Shown piece by piece: positions 48,874 through 58,940 of a stretch of 64,000 bases of DNA (its first letter is position 1; each line of letters starts with the position of its first letter). The notes under the pieces were generated by a model. It ran no database searches. It was not told the DNA's origin and saw only the letters and a list, made by a program, of their open reading frames with translations. Both the position numbers and the translations under genes were made by a program. This DNA is from a virus, in the IMG/VR virus record IMGVR_UViG_3300021180_000008, positions 9,568-73,567 of that record. One strand, 5' to 3'.

Positions 48874-49133
48874 TTTGGTGTTGGATATCCTTGTGCTTTC
48901 AAGTACTTATGACCGATACCCTTTAGCTTATCATGAAGCTTCTTAATCGTATCAAGGCCTTTTTCGTAGTCACCATGTCCAGCCCCAATAATAGCTTCAA
49001 CTGAGAAGACGAATTCCCCAGATTTAACAGCTATAGGGCCCTTAGGGTTACCAGCCTGATCTGTGACTACAGCCTTCAGGTCGTCTCCGCCTTTAGCTAG
49101 TTTAGCTCCGAGTGGTTTCTTGGGTGTTGTCAT
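48870..49133 (-). CDS. Small conserved virion-module protein
   Basis: AKGG and IAVKSGEFVFS.EAI...G.G....G pattern. Confidence 0.6.
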   Translation of the reverse strand: MTTPKKPLGAKLAKGGDDLKAVVTDQAGNPKGPIAVKSGEFVFSVEAIIGAGHGDYEKGLDTIKKLHDKLKGIGHKYLKAQGYPTPK

Positions 49134-49146
49134 GGTCTTCCTCTAT

Positions 49147-49175
49147 ATTATACAATAATTTCAATATTACGTCAA
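49147..49175 (-). promoter_or_regulatory. Sigma70-like promoter for the internal-protein genes
   Basis: Minus strand TTGACG-N17-TATAAT. Confidence 0.65.
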
Positions 49176-49177
49176 GT

Positions 49178-49537
49178 CTAGTAGATAAATATCACATAGC
49201 TAAAGGTTCGACCAGCAGTAGCACTGTTGGTGTGATTAATCACTATAGAGCCAGCAGCCACTGTGTAGTAAAGGTTACCAGAGGCTACCTCAGCAGCAGC
49301 ATTAGCTGTAGTAGGCATCATGAAAATGAGGCTATTGGCTTTTATGAAAGTATTGGCTATAGTTGTCGAGGCTACGTTAGTGGTCAGTGTAACCGTGCCT
49401 GTTAACGTACTCTTGTTAAGCTGATTATTAAGAGAATTGAAGTTCTTCTCATTAATACGATTAACCTCATTAAAGTAGTCTCTAGTAGCCTTATCCTTTA
49501 AGCCATCTGCTTGAGGTATGCGAAGTAAAGCTGTCAT
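49178..49537 (-). CDS. Small structural protein
   Basis: Beta-rich, ends in F.Y.I; coupled to the tail tube gene. Confidence 0.6.
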   Translation of the reverse strand: MTALLRIPQADGLKDKATRDYFNEVNRINEKNFNSLNNQLNKSTLTGTVTLTTNVASTTIANTFIKANSLIFMMPTTANAAAEVASGNLYYTVAAGSIVINHTNSATAGRTFSYVIFIY

Positions 49538-51507
49538 ACACGTTCTCCATCAGCTTGGTAAGCAATACGCATCTTACCTAATTCAAATGTGGCACCGTTG
49601 GTGTTGCAGCTAAACTGAACTGCCATTTGTCTACCCCTTCCCCTAACTGATATCTTATCATTAGCATCTGAGAAGTTGAATGGACCCTTAATAGTTATAT
49701 CTGCATCAGGGTGAGGATATGTCTTAAACAGCAAAGTAACCTGTACTTGTCCGCCATTAGGCAAGAGTAAGTCAGGAACAAACTTGTTTATGAACAAGAC
49801 ATTGTCGCCATCGTCTATATCGAAATAGGCTGTCGTAATAAAAGCATCCATAGGTTGGCCATCAGCATCTGTACCAATCTCATGCGAATATAGACGACCA
49901 TTGGGGTCCATAGCGTAAGGCTTAGGGAATATGGACTTGTCTACCCAAGCGGTTCTGGGGATAGCGCCATAGTCCATAACATTCTCTAACCAGTTGTATT
50001 TAATATAGTGACCGTTTTCAATCTCTGTTGATACCGGATAGAACCACCATACTTCATTAAACTGAGCATTCATCCCACAATAACATTTTTCTTTCTGGCT
50101 AAGATTAGCCAAGCCAGCTCCAAACTGCGAGAATACATATTTATCCAAAGTAGTAGGTAGAACTTGAACTATACCGTTATACATGTAGAAGTTGTCTACT
50201 CCCATCCAATACACAACCCCATTCACGTCAATTACACTGTGAGGCCCCATAATAGAGATATTAGTGGCGAGTGGGACGAATTGGAATATATCATTGAGAC
50301 CGTTGTCATTACCTACGTAAATCATGGCATAGACAGAACTATTGGTGAAGACAAGTATTTCACCTTTAGTTTGAACGGCACATACTATAAAGTCACCAGT
50401 AGGAATACGGAAACTACCGGCTTGGTTTGTCTCAGTGGGCGTCCAGTCCGTATTATCCTCAGCATCGCTCCATCTGATTAATAGAGGGTCATAAACCCCA
50501 GTATTGATATCTTGAGTACCAAATAGGACAACCTGTCTAGAGGGCTGAGCCACAAGCATAAAATTATTCTCAGTAGGGGCATTCATAATAGGTGTTAATT
50601 GAGTGGTGAATGTTTTATCAATTACCCACTCGTAAAGCTGACCACCTGAGAGTTGAGCCATGAGATCTTCACCCCAAACATCAAGTGACCATTGTCGTAG
50701 CTCAACCGTAGTGCCGCTAGGAAGTCTGGGTACGCCCCAACCTAATCCACCTTGACCAGCTGTACCATAAGTGCTACCACCCCAACCTATATTGGACTGG
50801 TTATCCGCCAGACCATTTGGAAGCAGTAGTTGGATCTGTATCGTTCCACCACTAGAACTTACAGTTGCAGAAGCAGCTTGTTGAGCACTAATAGTAAAAT
50901 TGTTCGGGTCAATAACGGTAATAACTTGGTAGTTACCATACAGAACAATACCGCCAACAGGAATAGAATTAGCTTGATTAACGTGGATAAAGTCCCCTAC
51001 TGTTCTATTATGAGAGGGGGCATTGATTTGAACACTAAATGAATTAATGGTCGTGGAGATTACATTTACCAAGTTTAACGTAGCTACGACTGGTGTAATA
51101 TCGTAGATGGTGTTTTGATAGAGTAATTCAACTTTCTCATTAGAAGCAGAGGCTAAGTAAGCAGCTCCACTCAAATCCTGCCAGGCCTTCATAGCCCTTG
51201 TTACACCAGTGAAAGTGTTAAGATTTTGACCAACGTTAAAACCAGATGAGAAGCCTGAAGAGAAACCACCGGTTGTAGCTCTATTAGGTACTGTGGAGAA
51301 GCCGTTACTGAAGCCGGAAGAGAAACCTCCAGTGGCGGCGTATGAGTTCTTTATGGTCTCTCTAACCCAACCACCGATCTTCTCAGCCCTTGCTGCCCTA
51401 AAGCGTATGCAGTTACCATCTACGAAACCACCTTCGGCTTCATATTTAGTAAGGTTCCCGATGATACCGGGCTTCATCACAAACGCTTTTAAGATGGCGT
51501 CAGACAT
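49534..51507 (-). CDS. Tail tubular/stabilization protein (nozzle-like)
   Basis: PGI....T.Y..EG.F.D...IRF...R.EKIGGW, WSLD.WGEDL, LIRWSD.ED, R.RGRQ, DG.R. Confidence 0.8.
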   Translation of the reverse strand: MSDAILKAFVMKPGIIGNLTKYEAEGGFVDGNCIRFRAARAEKIGGWVRETIKNSYAATGGFSSGFSNGFSTVPNRATTGGFSSGFSSGFNVGQNLNTFTGVTRAMKAWQDLSGAAYLASASNEKVELLYQNTIYDITPVVATLNLVNVISTTINSFSVQINAPSHNRTVGDFIHVNQANSIPVGGIVLYGNYQVITVIDPNNFTISAQQAASATVSSSGGTIQIQLLLPNGLADNQSNIGWGGSTYGTAGQGGLGWGVPRLPSGTTVELRQWSLDVWGEDLMAQLSGGQLYEWVIDKTFTTQLTPIMNAPTENNFMLVAQPSRQVVLFGTQDINTGVYDPLLIRWSDAEDNTDWTPTETNQAGSFRIPTGDFIVCAVQTKGEILVFTNSSVYAMIYVGNDNGLNDIFQFVPLATNISIMGPHSVIDVNGVVYWMGVDNFYMYNGIVQVLPTTLDKYVFSQFGAGLANLSQKEKCYCGMNAQFNEVWWFYPVSTEIENGHYIKYNWLENVMDYGAIPRTAWVDKSIFPKPYAMDPNGRLYSHEIGTDADGQPMDAFITTAYFDIDDGDNVLFINKFVPDLLLPNGGQVQVTLLFKTYPHPDADITIKGPFNFSDANDKISVRGRGRQMAVQFSCNTNGATFELGKMRIAYQADGERV

Positions 51508-51510
51508 TTA

Positions 51511-52527
51511 TTAGGTTCCTATAACAACAACACTGACTATACCGGGGTCTAAGAAGCCAGATGGATTCCAGACTGATATGCCAAATGTATTAGTAGTTCT
51601 CGCCACACCTGAGTCTTCGCAACATGCCGAAACAGTAGGACTGCTATTAGATGTCGCTGTCACTGCGTAGTGTGTGTCAGCAAGAGCGCTAGTCATAACA
51701 ACGGTATAATGCCCAGTTGAATTTCTTGTTACACTAGTGATATTAGAAGACCCATTTATAGTACCGTTAGAACCATTAAAGTTAACCCAAGCAGCTACGG
51801 GGTTCAATGAAGCAGGTATCTGACCAGAACCATTCAACTGTACTAGATTGTTAGCACTAGTACCTGGATTTAGAGTTGCTGCGCCACCAAGACCAGAGAT
51901 ATCAGTATTGGATAGGACAACAGCTCCTGTTCTACCTGCAACTGAAGTAACCGCACTAAGACCAGTAACACCCGAGATTGAACCGCCAGTGATATTAACG
52001 TTATTAGCATTCTGAGTACCCATCGTACCTATACCAAGATTAGTAAGGGCCGTTGAAATACTCGTAAGATCGGATAGATTATTAGAAGCCAGTAGCGCAC
52101 CAATAGGAGTAGATGTAGCCACTTCCGCAATGGTCGTCCCACTAATATAGACTACCACCTTCTGACCAGTATTCAACACTACAGTACTAGAGCCACCAAT
52201 AGCCTTCATAGTTACCGTATAAGCACCGGACCACAAACAGTCGACAATATAAATTTTCGGTACAGCAGGGACAATTAGCTGTATGTTGGCACCAAGAGTT
52301 CCTACAAGCTGAAGAACCATGTTACGCGCAGTATCAGGAGCCCCATTCTCAGTAGTTGCGGATATATCAATATTACTAGTACCAGTTATGGTTATAGGTG
52401 CCACACCACACACACCAGCTTCAATAAGCTCGATAACTTGATCGTTAGTAACATCACCCCACGTATTGGGATTATCTCCATCCCCTTGAAGGGTAAGCCT
52501 GAGGCTAGGTGTATATGTAGCAGTCAT
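51511..52527 (-). CDS. Tail fibre/baseplate-like protein
   Basis: TY...L.L.LQ..G.N..TWG..TN N-terminus, NNLSDL repeat, AWVNFNG...S.NI.SV....TG.Y C-terminus. Confidence 0.75.
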   Translation of the reverse strand: MTATYTPSLRLTLQGDGDNPNTWGDVTNDQVIELIEAGVCGVAPITITGTSNIDISATTENGAPDTARNMVLQLVGTLGANIQLIVPAVPKIYIVDCLWSGAYTVTMKAIGGSSTVVLNTGQKVVVYISGTTIAEVATSTPIGALLASNNLSDLTSISTALTNLGIGTMGTQNANNVNITGGSISGVTGLSAVTSVAGRTGAVVLSNTDISGLGGAATLNPGTSANNLVQLNGSGQIPASLNPVAAWVNFNGSNGTINGSSNITSVTRNSTGHYTVVMTSALADTHYAVTATSNSSPTVSACCEDSGVARTTNTFGISVWNPSGFLDPGIVSVVVIGT

Positions 52528-52530
52528 TTA

Positions 52531-53205
52531 TTAAGCTCCACTCTTAGGTGCATTTTCAACAGTGTTAATCGGCTGATCTGGGTTATGTTGTACTTCCCCA
52601 TCATCTTTACGGTTTCTAGCCATAGTAATATTCCAGCCAGTTTTTAATACGTCATAAGCTTGTTCATAGATAGGTACCTGAGACCAGGCTTTCATAAATA
52701 ATGTCATTTCAACCATAGAAGCAGCAAAGAGAATATCTGCGCATCTCGTAGTAAAGTAGTTAGTCTGGTTTGTAGTGCCTAGTCTAGTGGGCTCAGCAGT
52801 ATACTTCATCCTATACTGGTAAGAAACATCAGGTATGGGGGCCAATTGAAAGTTCGTAACTGACTGGTCGGCATAGTATTTAGGTGCTGCTGTTTGTGTT
52901 GGGTCAGGCCAATAGTCATTCAGGTAGTCTTCTCTACGCTTCTTAAGAACTTGGACCTTACCATTTACGATAATGTGAAAGTAATTAGCGTACCTATACC
53001 CAGTTGGCTTAGGTAGGGTATTGATAGCGGCAGTTAAAGTCCCTGTTACCGGTATCTCCAAATCAGGTAAATCCAATTCCCTATTTAATCTCTGCTCAGC
53101 CAACGATACAGCGTATGGTATATAGGCAACAAACTCATCGCCATTATCTTCTGCAATAGCCTGGATAGTGTTGACTAGATCAGTGTAGGATTGAATATCA
53201 GCCAT
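52531..53205 (-). CDS. Tail tubular protein A / adaptor
   Basis: Y.DL...I, AE.R..R.L, G.PKYY, L.P.PD..Y...Y pattern. Confidence 0.75.
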   Translation of the reverse strand: MADIQSYTDLVNTIQAIAEDNGDEFVAYIPYAVSLAEQRLNRELDLPDLEIPVTGTLTAAINTLPKPTGYRYANYFHIIVNGKVQVLKKRREDYLNDYWPDPTQTAAPKYYADQSVTNFQLAPIPDVSYQYRMKYTAEPTRLGTTNQTNYFTTRCADILFAASMVEMTLFMKAWSQVPIYEQAYDVLKTGWNITMARNRKDDGEVQHNPDQPINTVENAPKSGA

Positions 53206-53215
53206 TGTCTAATCC

Positions 53216-54307
53216 TTATAAAACCAAAAAGAAGCTGTTTGCAGCAGCAGTTATCGGGGCCTTAAATTCCATTATCTCGTAGCCTACTGTATCCGTAATA
53301 CTAGCTGAAATAGTACCCCTTTGCGCCTTTACGGTTGTGGCATTAGTCATTGTTAGAGCAGCTAATGAGTCACCAAAGTCTAAAGCCGCATTTGTGCCAC
53401 ACGTAAAAGCTAAGAAGTTAGGAATAGTATAAGTTTGGTTAACTGAAGTAATTGTAGCAGTGTTACTTGTCTGGGCCGAAGACATGGCGATACTGCCACG
53501 ATTCATAGTGTTACAAGCCCCAGATTTAAACTCTACCACAGTAAAATAAAATGTAGTCGTTCCACTGGAAGAAGCATTTTTTGTAGCTGTAACAGTAGTT
53601 GTATTGGTTAAGGTTAACCAAGCATTGCTAGAAAATCCGCCATCTGAGTTAACTGTATCGTTGTATCCACCATAGAAGAGCATCGTGTTAGCAGTTGTAA
53701 CAGCAGTTATTGTCGCAGTTAGGGAAGCCCCAGTGCCTGAACAGGTAGATTGTTGAGTGCTACTATTCAAGAAACCTGAATTGAACTCTATAACAGTAAA
53801 TCCGACAACAACGGTTCCTTCATTTCTACCTATAGTAGCCGTTACAGTAGTGGCGTTTGTCAACTGTACATTTGCATTATCATCAGCAAAGTTATCACCT
53901 GCACCTGCTACCCAAGCTGTAATAAACCCATTATAGATAACTGCCGCGTTAGTAGTCGTAACAGATGAGATCGTAGCTGTGTTAGATGTGCCACTAGCAA
54001 TACTAATAGTACCAGTCTGCATACTCTTAATAGCGCCAGCAGTCCAAGTGACTACCGTAGCGTAGACAGTCGTAGCATTGGAGGCATCAGCAGTGTTTCT
54101 AGTGGCAGTAACAGTAGTCGCATTGGTTAGAGCTACACGTACAAAGTTAGTGTTAGCTGTATTAGTGTTGACTGGGTAGGTATTTCCATTAAAGAAGATA
54201 CAGGATAAAGAGGTATTAACAGACGTAATAGAGGCGGTGCCGCTAGTAGCATTAGCAGCAATAGTAATTGTTACCTGTTGTACGTTGGTTACAGGACCGC
54301 CAGCCAT
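53216..54307 (-). CDS. Thr-rich repeat virion protein
   Basis: Repeated T.TITSV...L.L.TNATTV.A.R...V.F...EF units. Confidence 0.65.
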   Translation of the reverse strand: MAGGPVTNVQQVTITIAANATSGTASITSVNTSLSCIFFNGNTYPVNTNTANTNFVRVALTNATTVTATRNTADASNATTVYATVVTWTAGAIKSMQTGTISIASGTSNTATISSVTTTNAAVIYNGFITAWVAGAGDNFADDNANVQLTNATTVTATIGRNEGTVVVGFTVIEFNSGFLNSSTQQSTCSGTGASLTATITAVTTANTMLFYGGYNDTVNSDGGFSSNAWLTLTNTTTVTATKNASSSGTTTFYFTVVEFKSGACNTMNRGSIAMSSAQTSNTATITSVNQTYTIPNFLAFTCGTNAALDFGDSLAALTMTNATTVKAQRGTISASITDTVGYEIMEFKAPITAAANSFFLVL

Positions 54308-54311
54308 TTAC

Positions 54312-54506
54312 TTAACCTCCAGTTGTAGGCGTAGGTGTTGGAGCAGGGGGATCAATTAGAACTAGGTTAGTAGTGTCTACCATCTTACCAATAGTCTCAG
54401 TCCATTCAGGAAGAGTTAATTGGTTGGGGTGATCTGGAGTACCAGCAGTCATAACTGTCCCAGAGATTAAACCAGTAGCGGGGTCGTATTGTACAAAGAA
54501 AGCCAT
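54312..54506 (-). CDS. Small tail-associated protein
   Basis: SD and position between fibre genes. Confidence 0.55.
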   Translation of the reverse strand: MAFFVQYDPATGLISGTVMTAGTPDHPNQLTLPEWTETIGKMVDTTNLVLIDPPAPTPTPTTGG

Positions 54507-54515
54507 GTTATTTCC

Positions 54516-56096
54516 TTAAGCAGACGCTATACAGCGCCATTTAGATGTTGCAGAGTTATACACAAAGCCTACAACTAAAGGTAAGGTTGTAGACCCTGCT
54601 GATGTAGTAGGAGCACTTACGTTAGTACTGTTCTCAGTGTTAACCCAAGAGATGGTTTGAGCAGCAGCACTAAAGTCATATATACGTACTATGAGTGGTT
54701 GACCGTCAATAGCACTAGCCGTAGTGCAAGTAATAGTCATAGTAGCAGCAGAGCTGTTAGTGAAGGTATTAAACTTATAGTTTACTGATGTAGAACCTGC
54801 GTTAGAGGTTACGCTAATGGCGTTGTTTATAAATCCAGCTTCTCTGTCTACATAAGCCTGTGAAGGAAGTGTTGTATTATTAGCGCCCGCACCATTTGTA
54901 GCCGTTGTGCAACTTGAGAGCACTCCAGAAGCAGGGGTACCCAATGCTGGTGTTAAGAGTGTTGGGGATTGAATAACACCGTTAATAGTGACTGTACCAG
55001 CAGTACCTGCACCAGTAGCAGCACCAGCAGTAATAGTTACGTTACCACCGTTCTGGTTTGATCCGACACCTGCTGCTGCAATAAGAGAAACAGCACCACC
55101 TGCTCCAGAAGTGGCTGGTGAACCCCCAGTAATAGTAACAGCCCCACCGTTACCGGACGTTGCGCCACCAGTACCGCCTGTTAACGTTACGGCACCCCCA
55201 GCGCCTGTCGCACCACCTGTACCACCAGTAATAGGAACAGCACCCCCTGCACCGCCTGAGTTACCAGCACCGCCTTGAATAACAGGTCTACCGCCAGCTT
55301 GATTTCCTGATGTACCACCAGAACCACCTGTAATAGAAACATCTACACCAGTCTGAGTAGTGTTAGAACCACCAGCTTTAATAGTTACTGTACCACCAGC
55401 AGCACCTAAACCATCAGCTCCAGCGATAAACACATCACCTGATGCAAAACCAGAAGTGGCAGACCCGGCAGTAATAGTTATATCGCCACCTCTACCTGAG
55501 GTAGCATTGCCACCAAGTAAGTTGATACCATTGAATTGTTTGTTATTACCTGAGTTAGATGAGCCGCCAGTAATCGTAACCGCACCACCGATAGCAGGGT
55601 CGCCAGTACCAAAACCAGTACCAGCAGTAATATTTACTGGGCCACCAGCAGCATTGCCGGAAGAGGCGTTTGTAGCAACGATTTTAATACCTAGTCCTGC
55701 ACCACCAGTATCACTAGATACATTTATAATGCTAGGGGCTACACCAGTTGCACTAGCCGTAATACCTATACCCCCAACAGGAGTTGAAACACTGTTGTCA
55801 ACTTTAAATCCGGGGTTAGTAGTACCATTAGCTCCGACAGCTAGGGAGTTAGCAGAGGTAGAGGTGATGACTTCACTAGTAGCAGTTATTGCAGCAGCAG
55901 CCAGAGTACCTGTAAAGGTAGGGCTAGCAGAGAAGGCTACGTTACCAGAGCCAGTAGTTCCAGATACGGTAGTACCTCTGATTTTAGCTACAGTCGATTT
56001 AAGAGTTGGGGACAGTGCAAACGTAACATCACCAGTCACCTTCTTAAACCATTGAAGGATGCCACCAGATTTAAAGTTTATACGACCGAAAGCCAT
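54516..56096 (-). CDS. Gly-rich tail fibre/spike
   Basis: Many GG.V.ITGG repeats; C-terminal F.YN..TSKWRCIA domain. Confidence 0.75.
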   Translation of the reverse strand: MAFGRINFKSGGILQWFKKVTGDVTFALSPTLKSTVAKIRGTTVSGTTGSGNVAFSASPTFTGTLAAAAITATSEVITSTSANSLAVGANGTTNPGFKVDNSVSTPVGGIGITASATGVAPSIINVSSDTGGAGLGIKIVATNASSGNAAGGPVNITAGTGFGTGDPAIGGAVTITGGSSNSGNNKQFNGINLLGGNATSGRGGDITITAGSATSGFASGDVFIAGADGLGAAGGTVTIKAGGSNTTQTGVDVSITGGSGGTSGNQAGGRPVIQGGAGNSGGAGGAVPITGGTGGATGAGGAVTLTGGTGGATSGNGGAVTITGGSPATSGAGGAVSLIAAAGVGSNQNGGNVTITAGAATGAGTAGTVTINGVIQSPTLLTPALGTPASGVLSSCTTATNGAGANNTTLPSQAYVDREAGFINNAISVTSNAGSTSVNYKFNTFTNSSAATMTITCTTASAIDGQPLIVRIYDFSAAAQTISWVNTENSTNVSAPTTSAGSTTLPLVVGFVYNSATSKWRCIASA

Positions 56097-56113
56097 ACTA
56101 GCTTATCCTTATA

Positions 56114-56542
56114 TTAGAGGTCTTCACCGTAGACAAATGCAGTAATTGTCTTACCGCTAGTGACTGTTACAGGGGCGTTAATAGTCAATGTATCCCCTGA
56201 TTTCAGCCTAATGATGGCGTTACCATTAGCGTCCTGTTCCAGACCCGGAAGCTGTGCTTGGCCTGAGGTGCCAAAAATGCTAACTGCTGGAACGCTATTA
56301 ACAGTACCTGCTGTCAAAGGAATACTCACCTGAGTTAACTGGTAGTTAGTAGCAGACCTAGTAATGTTAATAGTGATATCTCTATTTGATGTGTCAGTAG
56401 ATGACACAATCATTCCTGTTATGATGCTACCATTAGAACCTGCTGTAAAAGCAGTTTGATACGTTTGTGCCGTAGCATTAACAATTGTTACTGGTGTGCA
56501 ATTGATTGCTTGTGAGAATACTGGGGTTGCGGTGACTGCCAT
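56114..56542 (-). CDS. Small structural protein
   Basis: P.F..., TAG.NGS, L.SGD.L, V.G.D jelly-roll-like pattern. Confidence 0.6.
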   Translation of the reverse strand: MAVTATPVFSQAINCTPVTIVNATAQTYQTAFTAGSNGSIITGMIVSSTDTSNRDITINITRSATNYQLTQVSIPLTAGTVNSVPAVSIFGTSGQAQLPGLEQDANGNAIIRLKSGDTLTINAPVTVTSGKTITAFVYGEDL

Positions 56543-56562
56543 AGTTTATAACTCCTTGTTTG

Positions 56563-58572
56563 TTAAAAAGCTCCGAGGGCTGAATAGGCTACAGCACCCC
56601 ATAAAGATTGACTTACAAAAGCAGTTGAAGCTGCCTTAGTTGAATTGTCCCCTACTGTCTGAGTAGTAACAGTGGGATTGGTTAGAGCCATACTAGTCCA
56701 AGTACCAGTGGGGGTATAGGAACCACCTAGTTCAAGGATTGTATCAGCAGCATCTCTAACCGTCTTAGCTCTATTAGTACTAGTCAAACCTACAATGGTA
56801 AACAGACCTGTCTGACCAGTAACACTAAGACTTGCTGCTGAACCAGAGGTGTTCTGGTTTAGGGTAGGAAAGGTACAGTTAGTCAGTGTACCAGAAGCAG
56901 GAGTGCCCAAGGCAATGCTTGCACCAAAGCTAGTCAAAGAAGACGCTGTAACACTAGAGGCTAAGGTAGTTCCAGTTACACCAGATGCTGGGACTGCGGT
57001 GGCTGTAATCGTACCGGAGCCTGAGGTTGTTAACGCCCCACCTGTACCCACAGTCATGGTAGCTGTAGTATTTGTGCCTGAGGTAATTGAAGTAAATGCA
57101 GGAGCTGAAGCACTAGCAGACAGTGACCCCCCTGATAGAGACAGCCCTGAACCTATAGTAACGTCTCCGTAGACCCCTGAGTTATCGAACCCAGCAAGGG
57201 TGTTAGCAGTGTTATTAGCTAGGGCAGTAGCATGTCCAGCAGTTAAACTAGATGCCGTACCTGAAGCATTAGTCAGTACGACAGCACTAGGAGTGCCAAG
57301 GTTAGGAGTGGTTAACGATGCGTTGGTAGCAAGGACTATAGCACCACTACCAGTTGTCCCATCACTAAGGTTGGCTGAGGACAGTTGGCCTACAGTTATA
57401 GCACCACCAGAAGAGGTTTGCTGGAGAACTTGATTAGAGCCGCCAGTAGCAGAGAGATTAGCTCCAGTACCACCGTATTGAACACCCACTGCTGTACCAT
57501 GCCAAGTACCAGTTCCAATAGTACCTACGGTGGTTAAGGAAGAGGTTACTACGTTAGTAGCAAGTGTGGTTCCAGTTATGCCAGAGGCCGGAGCGGCAGT
57601 TGCTGTAATAGTACCTGAACCAGTTACTCCTAAAGATCCACCTGTACCAACAACCATAGCTGCTGTAGTATTCGTACCTGATTGAACTAGGTCAAATGTA
57701 GGAGCGGCTGCTGCGGCTTGAATAGTGTTTCCAGAAAGAGAAAGACCAGCCCCTATAGTCACATTAGCATAATGACCCGAGCCATCAAAACCTGCAAGTG
57801 TATTAGCCGACTTATCAGAAAGCTTGCCAGCAGTCAAATTAGTAGCAACACCTGAGCAGTTAACTAAGTTACCAGATGAGGGTGTGCCTAGAGCAGGGGT
57901 AATGAATGTAGGACTAGTTTGAAACAATACATTGCCAGTGCCTGAAGTACCGGCAACTATAGTGCCCTGTATCTCTGTTACTGTGGTCGCATTACCAGTA
58001 TTTTGGATATCCCCAGTGAATGTGGGATAAGAAAGAGTGCTACCAGAGGTAAGACCAGTTGCCGTACCAGTAGCGTTTGTAAGCACTATATTAGACGGAG
58101 TGCCAAGGTCTGGTGTAGTCAGTGTAGCATTAGCTAGTGTAGCCCCAGAAGACAATACGACATTACCAGAACCACTAGTACCAGTAATAGAAGTGCCTTG
58201 TATCTTAGCTACAGTAGTAGCAAGTGAGCCCGAAGTAGTTACATCACCACTAAGATCTCCATTGGTAATCGTTGAACTACCAGAGAATTTAGTCAGTTCT
58301 CCTGATACCGGAGAGCCTGTAATAGTAGCTCCAGTGACTGAGGAGTGTGCGGTAATAGTTCCATCAGGAGTAATAGTTACTGTGGTACCATCTGGCTTTA
58401 CAGCCCCAACAAGAGCGGTAGTAGCTATAGGAAGCTCAGCAGGAGTGATCGGGCTATTATCACCAATCTGGGATTGTGCTACTTGCTTAGCATTACCATT
58501 CTGAATAACAAGAACTATATCGCCCGGATTAAGGGGTGTAGATGCCTGTGGAAGATCTGTGATTTGTGTCAT
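56563..58572 (-). CDS. Tail fibre protein with internal duplications
   Basis: ITDLP, TP.LGTP repeats, duplicated ANTLAGFD...SSLT block, NSTKAASTAFV. Confidence 0.75.
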   Translation of the reverse strand: MTQITDLPQASTPLNPGDIVLVIQNGNAKQVAQSQIGDNSPITPAELPIATTALVGAVKPDGTTVTITPDGTITAHSSVTGATITGSPVSGELTKFSGSSTITNGDLSGDVTTSGSLATTVAKIQGTSITGTSGSGNVVLSSGATLANATLTTPDLGTPSNIVLTNATGTATGLTSGSTLSYPTFTGDIQNTGNATTVTEIQGTIVAGTSGTGNVLFQTSPTFITPALGTPSSGNLVNCSGVATNLTAGKLSDKSANTLAGFDGSGHYANVTIGAGLSLSGNTIQAAAAAPTFDLVQSGTNTTAAMVVGTGGSLGVTGSGTITATAAPASGITGTTLATNVVTSSLTTVGTIGTGTWHGTAVGVQYGGTGANLSATGGSNQVLQQTSSGGAITVGQLSSANLSDGTTGSGAIVLATNASLTTPNLGTPSAVVLTNASGTASSLTAGHATALANNTANTLAGFDNSGVYGDVTIGSGLSLSGGSLSASASAPAFTSITSGTNTTATMTVGTGGALTTSGSGTITATAVPASGVTGTTLASSVTASSLTSFGASIALGTPASGTLTNCTFPTLNQNTSGSAASLSVTGQTGLFTIVGLTSTNRAKTVRDAADTILELGGSYTPTGTWTSMALTNPTVTTQTVGDNSTKAASTAFVSQSLWGAVAYSALGAF

Positions 58573-58574
58573 CT

Positions 58575-58940
58575 TTATTCCTTACCCGGAGTAGGATACC
58601 AATCATTAATAAGATTGGGGTTTAATACATCAAAGTATACATATCCAGCATAAAGCGGATTACCATTCTGGTCAGTTAGTACAGTCGAGGTTGTAGCAGC
58701 CCAAACGATATCAGGTCTAGCATCAGCTACTGGGAACGGATCTCCGAATGTCGCATACTCATTAATGTGGGCTTGAGGGTGATCAACGAAGTTCCAAATA
58801 CCATCAGATTCCGATTGGTGTACTAAATAGCCAGTACCAGGCTCCTTTACCATTTCATGCATAGGAAAGCGTGTACCTGAACGATCTGATATCGCCCAAG
58901 CTTTAGAACCGCCTTTTTGCCCTTTGCTAAATGATGTCAT
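58575..58940 (-). CDS. Conserved head-completion-region protein
   Basis: A.AISDRSG.RFP...M..E..G.LVH.SE.D...HPQ, ARPD. Confidence 0.7.
   Translation of the reverse strand: MTSFSKGQKGGSKAWAISDRSGTRFPMHEMVKEPGTGYLVHQSESDGIWNFVDHPQAHINEYATFGDPFPVADARPDIVWAATTSTVLTDQNGNPLYAGYVYFDVLNPNLINDWYPTPGKE

Noticed and set aside
54988-58504. Long + strand Pro/Val-rich ORFs opposite the tail fibre genes
   Set aside because: Antisense shadows of Gly/Thr/Ala-rich codons, without SDs or domain motifs.
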